IMG/VR virus record: IMGVR_UViG_3300044825_002278
Coordinates: 39,910 to 103,909 of that record
Strand: one strand, 5' to 3'
Source of the DNA: a virus
DNA: 64,000 nt
Shown here: positions 59,046 to 64,000 of the stretch, in pieces
Position numbering within the stretch: the first letter of the stretch is position 1
How the letters are laid out: the number at the start of each line of letters is the position of its first letter
The notes under the pieces: generated by a model
What the model saw: the letters and a program-made list of their open reading frames with translations, nothing else
Told to the model about the DNA's origin: nothing
Databases searched by the model: none
Position numbers and translations under genes: made by a program

Positions 59046-59647
59046 TATAATGTTCCTGTAATTATGCTTTGTATTTGTGGATAAACTCTATCAATAGCTC
59101 GTGTTATAAAGTTATCGTTTAAAGTTCCAGAAAAGGCACTATTTACTTTATATGGGGCCATTTTACTTGACATTCTAGCATCGCCAGTCCGAGAAGTTTT
59201 AAATGATCCAAACTCTACGCCAAATCCAGTAATTATAATCGAGTCGCCCAATGTTAAAAGCCACGAAAGCCACGGTAAACTTCCGCCCTCTATTGCTTGC
59301 TGCGCAAAAGATCTTCCCAAGATGTTAGAATAATCAGACGGTTGCATCAGTATCTCGATACCGCCTCCACGGTTTTTTTGCGCATAAAGTGGACGAAACT
59401 CGATAGTCGCTAAAATCGCTTCGATGAGTTGATTGGTTGGATCAGTTTCAAGACCAAACTCGGCTCGCAAAGCACCATTTTGCAACGAAGCTATTTCTGG
59501 ACTTGAAGCCAACGCCAACCGTACAACCGGAATAATTCTTTGTTTTAAAGTTGGTAATAAATTTTTGATGGCAAGATTAATTTCTTTGGCCAGCGCGCCG
59601 TTGATTGCGGCAACAACTTGAGCATCGGTTTCTCGAAACTTAATCAT
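59045..59647 (-). CDS. Neck/tail-completion protein
   Basis: Position in the neck block; LPWLSWLL, NFITRAID. Confidence 0.55.
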   Translation of the reverse strand: MIKFRETDAQVVAAINGALAKEINLAIKNLLPTLKQRIIPVVRLALASSPEIASLQNGALRAEFGLETDPTNQLIEAILATIEFRPLYAQKNRGGGIEILMQPSDYSNILGRSFAQQAIEGGSLPWLSWLLTLGDSIIITGFGVEFGSFKTSRTGDARMSSKMAPYKVNSAFSGTLNDNFITRAIDRVYPQIQSIITGTL

Positions 59648-60159
59648 TGCGAAGCCCTTGTCCAAAAAGTAACAATATATTTAGTATTGTTTTGCTTGAA
59701 GCCTTGAGGAAACGACATGCCCATTTTTTCAAACTTAGCATTCGGATCATACTTTTCTATACCATCATATTTTGGTATCATATACTTGCACTTTTCTATT
59801 TTGTCCAAGTCGGCCATATATGCTATAGTTTGAATTGCGCCATCGGGAATATTGATTGCTGCTCCGGTGTTTACCCAAGATTTACGATCCCAATAAATTC
59901 TCAGAGTAATTTCATCGGTATCTTCTACTGCTTTATAACCTTGGCCATTACAATAAGGACACGGCATACCGCGCTCGAACGGGTATGGTCCTCCAGTTTT
60001 ATAAATACTAATAGAACGTCCAGTATTGCCCATTGTATTCATAAGGCAATTCGGACAGTCTTCTTTCTTTTCTGGATAAACCAACGTAGCACTTCGCGTA
60101 AAAAGCAAAATCGCTTCGTTGTAAACATCGAAAACGCTACTTGGTATATTGATAGCCAT
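59644..60159 (-). CDS. Head-tail joining/closure-like protein with a CxxC...CxxC zinc module
   Basis: CPNC...CPYCNGQG; position after the adaptor. Confidence 0.6.
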   Translation of the reverse strand: MAINIPSSVFDVYNEAILLFTRSATLVYPEKKEDCPNCLMNTMGNTGRSISIYKTGGPYPFERGMPCPYCNGQGYKAVEDTDEITLRIYWDRKSWVNTGAAINIPDGAIQTIAYMADLDKIEKCKYMIPKYDGIEKYDPNAKFEKMGMSFPQGFKQNNTKYIVTFWTRASQ

Positions 60160-60169
60160 TTAAGTTTCC

Positions 60170-60406
60170 TTAACCAGCGCCGTCGCCAGCATAGTAACGA
60201 GGATCGTCATATCGTGTATCAAGCGATGCATCAATTGCAGCTATAGATTGATCAACTTTAGAAGGATCAATGCCTTGCGGGTTTAAAGTATGTTTACTAT
60301 CTAAAAAAGAAGCCGAGTCTAATCCGCGCGCTCCAGCAACGCCAACAACAGCGCATCCACCATTTGGTTGCGCATTGCCGGTAATAATTTTTTGAGATAC
60401 AGCCAT
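60170..60406 (-). CDS. Small hypothetical protein
   Basis: GGAG RBS; fills the gap in the operon. Confidence 0.7.
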   Translation of the reverse strand: MAVSQKIITGNAQPNGGCAVVGVAGARGLDSASFLDSKHTLNPQGIDPSKVDQSIAAIDASLDTRYDDPRYYAGDGAG

Positions 60407-60429
60407 TTATTTTTCTCCGTATATTGAAT

Positions 60430-60939
60430 TTAAAAATATCCGCCGCCATCGTAACGGTTTTGACTAACATTCCAACTTCCGGGACTGTAAGGACCAAGTA
60501 TCGCAGTGCCAACCGGAGTTCCGTCGCCATTGCCCGATTCGTAACGATAACTATTTAGTAAATCTTCATACTTTGCACACAAGTCTTTGTAAAGGTTTGT
60601 TAAACTTCCACTAACACCACGAAGGTCGATAGCCGAAGGACCATCTTTTATAGAAATAGCGTTGGCCGATTCGGTTTTAACTTCGCTGCCAACTAAAATA
60701 CAAGCACTTTTATAAACAGTTAAAACGGTAAAATTTGTATCATTTAAATCTACTGGATCTGGAGTGATCGAAACACCACCAACATTTGCAGTATAAGTAT
60801 TTGGAAAAGTAGCATCATTTTGAACATTGTATGCACCAACCACCAAGACCTGTTTTAGTCGTGCATCGGTATATTTAGTAGAGTCAAGATCGCCAATAAT
60901 AGATCTTAACATCAAAACCATATCTGTTTGCCACGGCAT
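60430..60939 (-). CDS. Head-tail adaptor-like protein
   Basis: MLRSIIGD....YTDARL, ISIKDG...ID; AAGGTG RBS before ATG 60939. Confidence 0.65.
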   Translation of the reverse strand: MPWQTDMVLMLRSIIGDLDSTKYTDARLKQVLVVGAYNVQNDATFPNTYTANVGGVSITPDPVDLNDTNFTVLTVYKSACILVGSEVKTESANAISIKDGPSAIDLRGVSGSLTNLYKDLCAKYEDLLNSYRYESGNGDGTPVGTAILGPYSPGSWNVSQNRYDGGGYF

Positions 60940-61007
60940 GTTTGTCACCTTTAGATAGAAAGTCTGTGTGTTGTTGTATACACAATTTACGTGACGATTT
61001 TTAAAAT

Positions 61008-61787
61008 TTATTGAACTCCAACAACAAAAGTTGCTGTAGAATCTGGAGTCAAAGTTTTCACCAAATGAGTGGTAACACCATCGGTACGCTTTATTGTCCA
61101 AGTTGTACCAGAAATACTATATTCAAGAGCCGCCAGAACCAATGTACACAAAGAATGTTCTGGAGCCATACTTTCAACACTAAACATATCGCGGGTAAGA
61201 ATACCATCGCCAATTTTATAAGCAGCGCTCGTTGCCACGGCGCTAGAATTTATAGCATCAACAGCAAAAGCCGAACTGGTTATTGCGCCCACGGTAAAAC
61301 CAAGCACAGTAACTCCATTTACAGCCATATCGTTGAGATATTTACCGGCAGTACCAGCGCCATTGTGGGAAGCAAGAACTTCATCCCAAACAGCATCGGC
61401 TATTTCGGCAACTGCCGAAGCAGACAATTCAAGATTGCCAATTGCATCGGTTGCGATTGCAGCCGCAGTAATAGCACCATCGGTAAACGATAAAGGGGCA
61501 ATTGCTTTGTTTAGCAACACCCCCGATGATTGTCCAAATTGAAATGTAGTATTTGTATCTTCAGCGTAACCCCACCAAATAGCCACAGCAGTAGATCCAA
61601 CAGTGGCAACGAGTTGATAAGTTCCAGCGGTTAGGTTTGCAAAGGTTGCTATATAATAACCTTTACGATTTGTTTGTTCAACACACGAAGAAGCAGTGTA
61701 TGCGACGGTATCAGAACCAATCGCATACAGCTTCGCCGTTAGTGTCATTCCGCTTGGTGCTTCAAACTCGATTTGTTGAGTTGGCAT
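61008..61787 (-). CDS. Putative virion protein with Ala-rich DAI.../IADAVWDE repeats
   Basis: AITAAAIATDAI...EIADAVWDE and AITSSAFAVDAI...KIGDGIL. Confidence 0.6.
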   Translation of the reverse strand: MPTQQIEFEAPSGMTLTAKLYAIGSDTVAYTASSCVEQTNRKGYYIATFANLTAGTYQLVATVGSTAVAIWWGYAEDTNTTFQFGQSSGVLLNKAIAPLSFTDGAITAAAIATDAIGNLELSASAVAEIADAVWDEVLASHNGAGTAGKYLNDMAVNGVTVLGFTVGAITSSAFAVDAINSSAVATSAAYKIGDGILTRDMFSVESMAPEHSLCTLVLAALEYSISGTTWTIKRTDGVTTHLVKTLTPDSTATFVVGVQ

Positions 61788-62164
61788 TATTGAGGCTCGG
61801 GTTCAGGTTCTGGCTCGGGTTCTGGCTCGGGTTCGGGCGCAGGAGGATTGTTTTGTGCAGCAATCCACTGTCGCAGCGGATCTATTGAGAGAAGAATCGC
61901 ACCCATTGCCTGAGCAACTTCTGGAACTTCAGCCGTTGCTTGCATAAGTTTATCGGTACTTATTACTTGAACCTGCGGTAAAGTTTCAAAAGTTTGACTC
62001 GACATTGGCAAATACTCAATATGCACCAAACCTCCGCCAGATTGATCTGTTGGGGCCAAAGTACGAATAACGATTTGCGATATCCACAAAGCGTCAAATT
62101 CTTTTTGAGTAGTGGCAGGAACCACAACCGGATTATCCAAAGGAACAATTATTGACTCGGGCAT
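61787..62164 (-). CDS. Hypothetical protein with a C-terminal (PE)n tract
   Basis: PPAPEPEPEPEPEPEPQ. Confidence 0.7.
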   Translation of the reverse strand: MPESIIVPLDNPVVVPATTQKEFDALWISQIVIRTLAPTDQSGGGLVHIEYLPMSSQTFETLPQVQVISTDKLMQATAEVPEVAQAMGAILLSIDPLRQWIAAQNNPPAPEPEPEPEPEPEPEPQ

Positions 62165-62167
62165 TTA

Positions 62168-62299
62168 TTAACCCTCCGACTTTGCGATAGCCTGTTGCAG
62201 AACTTCAACGGCTTGACGAATAGTTTCGTGATCCTTGCGAGTTCCAGCAACATTTTGGGCAACTTGATCGAGTACTTGAAGAGCTTGTTCTGGTGTCAT
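62168..62299 (-). CDS. Small helical hypothetical protein (43 aa)
   Basis: GGAAGG RBS before ATG 62299; TGCGTATAACA motif upstream. Confidence 0.65.
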   Translation of the reverse strand: MTPEQALQVLDQVAQNVAGTRKDHETIRQAVEVLQQAIAKSEG

Positions 62300-62383
62300 A
62301 TTTACCTTCCTTAAAAAACATTGAAAAAACACTACTATTGTTATACGCACAAACCAGTGAAAAAACACACGGTTTGCGATTTT

Positions 62384-63157
62384 TTATCTTGGAAATGGAA
62401 TGATACCACATCCAATCATATCTTTAACTACAGTTAGAGTACCGGAAACATCTTTTACGGCAAGATGAACAGCAGAACGATAAGAGGAGTCTCCCACAAA
62501 TCCTACAGATCTACTTCCAGTTCCTGCTGTAGTTTCTGTTACAACCATTGCCACTAAACTTCCAAAGTCTCTACCATGACGATAGGTGCTGTTTCCGCCC
62601 GGATATAATGTATTGAAATTAATTGGGTCATCTAAAAAAGTAGAAAAATTTTCATTCTCACAAATTATTCCTGCTGCTCTCATAGAATCGCCAGTCCCAG
62701 AACTACCGTCAGTGACCGAGGCTTCATTAATAGAAGCGGGTTCTCCATCAAATAAAACCAAACTAGAGTGTACTGCGGAGTTTTGACTGGAGTTAAAAGT
62801 AACGGCTACCGCCCACATTTTTAGTGCGTTATTGGTGCGGTTTACTACAACAGTCTGAGTTCCTGTGGGCAAACCAGAGCCTAAAAACCAAGCTTTGCAA
62901 TCTGTTTCAAACCCACTTTGAGTATTGATAACTTCAGCCCTTCCTCCGCTAACCGGATTAACAGTAACACCACCATAAGTCACCGAAGTTGCGTTATCTC
63001 CATCTAAAATATACGGATTAACAGTCGGCTCTGCCAACGTAAAAGTAAAAATTAACACCCCTTCCGGCGAAGCTCCCGCGCCGTGACTCCAGCTAAAACT
63101 AGCTTCACTTGCAGAAGTATTGGCATACCCACTAGAAGCATCAAAACTAATTGCCAT
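62384..63157 (-). CDS. Putative virion decoration or fibre-associated beta-sandwich protein
   Basis: MAISFDA, FSWSH, SVTYGG, LPTGTQTVVV; G/S/T-rich. Confidence 0.6.
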   Translation of the reverse strand: MAISFDASSGYANTSASEASFSWSHGAGASPEGVLIFTFTLAEPTVNPYILDGDNATSVTYGGVTVNPVSGGRAEVINTQSGFETDCKAWFLGSGLPTGTQTVVVNRTNNALKMWAVAVTFNSSQNSAVHSSLVLFDGEPASINEASVTDGSSGTGDSMRAAGIICENENFSTFLDDPINFNTLYPGGNSTYRHGRDFGSLVAMVVTETTAGTGSRSVGFVGDSSYRSAVHLAVKDVSGTLTVVKDMIGCGIIPFPR

Positions 63158-63159
63158 GA

Positions 63160-64000
63160 TTAACTTTCAATTGTATAATAATCAACTTGAACCACTACAC
63201 TGCCGCCAGTTGGGACTGAGCATACAATATAAAGTTCTTCACCATCTCCGCCAATCCCAACAATACCACCAGAATGGCCTTTACTGACACCTGAACCCGG
63301 AGCAATACCCGGATGACTAAGTATTACTTTAGTCACAGCATCCGCAGCAGAAGCGCCTTGAGTTGGCACACCAGTTGTTCCAAAGCCCAAACGAACAGAA
63401 GTATTCACAGTATTTGCAGCAGAGGCTGTAACGGTTACTCCAGTAATTACATATCGCGTACCAGCAGAAATCAATGGTAAAACATTGTCTCCACCAGAAG
63501 TTTGCGCAGCAGTAGTAATATACTCTGCCGATTGAAGGTTTGGATGACCGCCAATAGTCCATAAAATACCGTGACGATTGGCGTATAATTGTGTTCGATC
63601 AGCTTCTGCGACTTGGGTTGGATTAGTTCCATGAGCTATTGCTCTTGCGCCAAGTTTGATTGGGTTGCCAGTATCAGCAGCATCGTGGGCAACATTGCCA
63701 GCAACCGGCATTACTTTGGACACATCAAAATCAACTCTTAATCTACCGTCTTGGGCAAGTGTCAAATGATAAACCGTGTCTCCAAGAAATGACGGAGGAC
63801 TAGCTTCGTACTTAGCGCCTGTAAGCAAAGCCCCTTTTGGGCTTGCCCAAGTTCTAGTTACGTCACCGCTGGCTACATCGGCTGGAGTTACAGCATAATA
63901 TGAACCGCAAAGTATTGGATTATTTCCAGAAATAGCCGCATCGTGAGCTTGAATGCCGCCAACAGCTATAGTGCCAGCAGTTCCCCCATTAACAGTATTT
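63160..64000 (-). CDS. Putative fibre/virion protein, 5'-truncated at the window edge
   Basis: Frame stays open upstream of 63828 to the edge; two AHDAA..G(N)NP repeat units. Confidence 0.65.
   Translation of the reverse strand, partial: NTVNGGTAGTIAVGGIQAHDAAISGNNPILCGSYYAVTPADVASGDVTRTWASPKGALLTGAKYEASPPSFLGDTVYHLTLAQDGRLRVDFDVSKVMPVAGNVAHDAADTGNPIKLGARAIAHGTNPTQVAEADRTQLYANRHGILWTIGGHPNLQSAEYITTAAQTSGGDNVLPLISAGTRYVITGVTVTASAANTVNTSVRLGFGTTGVPTQGASAADAVTKVILSHPGIAPGSGVSKGHSGGIVGIGGDGEELYIVCSVPTGGSVVVQVDYYTIES

Noticed and set aside
59647-60246. Long antisense or alternative-frame ORFs (also 61011-61493, 57157-57642, 54781-55263, 26360-26890, 36811-37251)
   Set aside because: They lie wholly over well-supported genes and show no motifs; they are shadow ORFs.
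1-64000. Stop-codon reassignment, tRNA genes, or a bacterial chromosomal O-antigen locus
   Set aside because: Genes tile densely in the standard code and intergenic gaps show no cloverleaf. The glycan genes are coupled to phage replication genes and lack wzx/wzy/ABC export.

Overview
A 64-kb segment of a large, AT-rich tailed dsDNA bacteriophage (siphovirus-like tail; standard genetic code; no tRNA, rRNA, CRISPR or integrase seen). It has two convergent arms meeting at about 38.0 kb. The + arm (1-37971) holds nucleotide metabolism and replication genes: thyX, MazG-like, PhoH, RecA, DnaB, DnaG, dNMP kinase, a PD-(D/E)XK exonuclease, a DNA polymerase III alpha split into two genes without an intein, a DEDDh exonuclease, SSB and a Rad52-like annealase. 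It also holds an ~14-kb cluster of 18 glycosyltransferase, methyltransferase and sugar-nucleotide genes, including GDP-L-fucose synthase. The - arm (38045-64000) is a virion morphogenesis module: neck, tail tube, chaperones, a 3204-aa tape measure protein and tail-tip proteins. Main observations: (1) The tape measure protein is built like a modular polyprotein, with five DT(V/I)PAMLTPGE(F/Y)V cassettes and many xxGG motifs bracketing cargo domains (PD-(D/E)XK-like, HAD-like, tandem SHD1-like). (2) Two free-standing homing endonucleases each sit in the first codons of a gene, leaving an orphan N-terminal stub and a recoded replacement start, each with a promoter and RNA structure in the leader. 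(3) A tail-tube paralog lies stranded among the early genes. (4) A recurrent TG(T/C)GTAT promoter-like motif precedes several genes. All protein calls rest on motif recognition by eye; no database searches were run.
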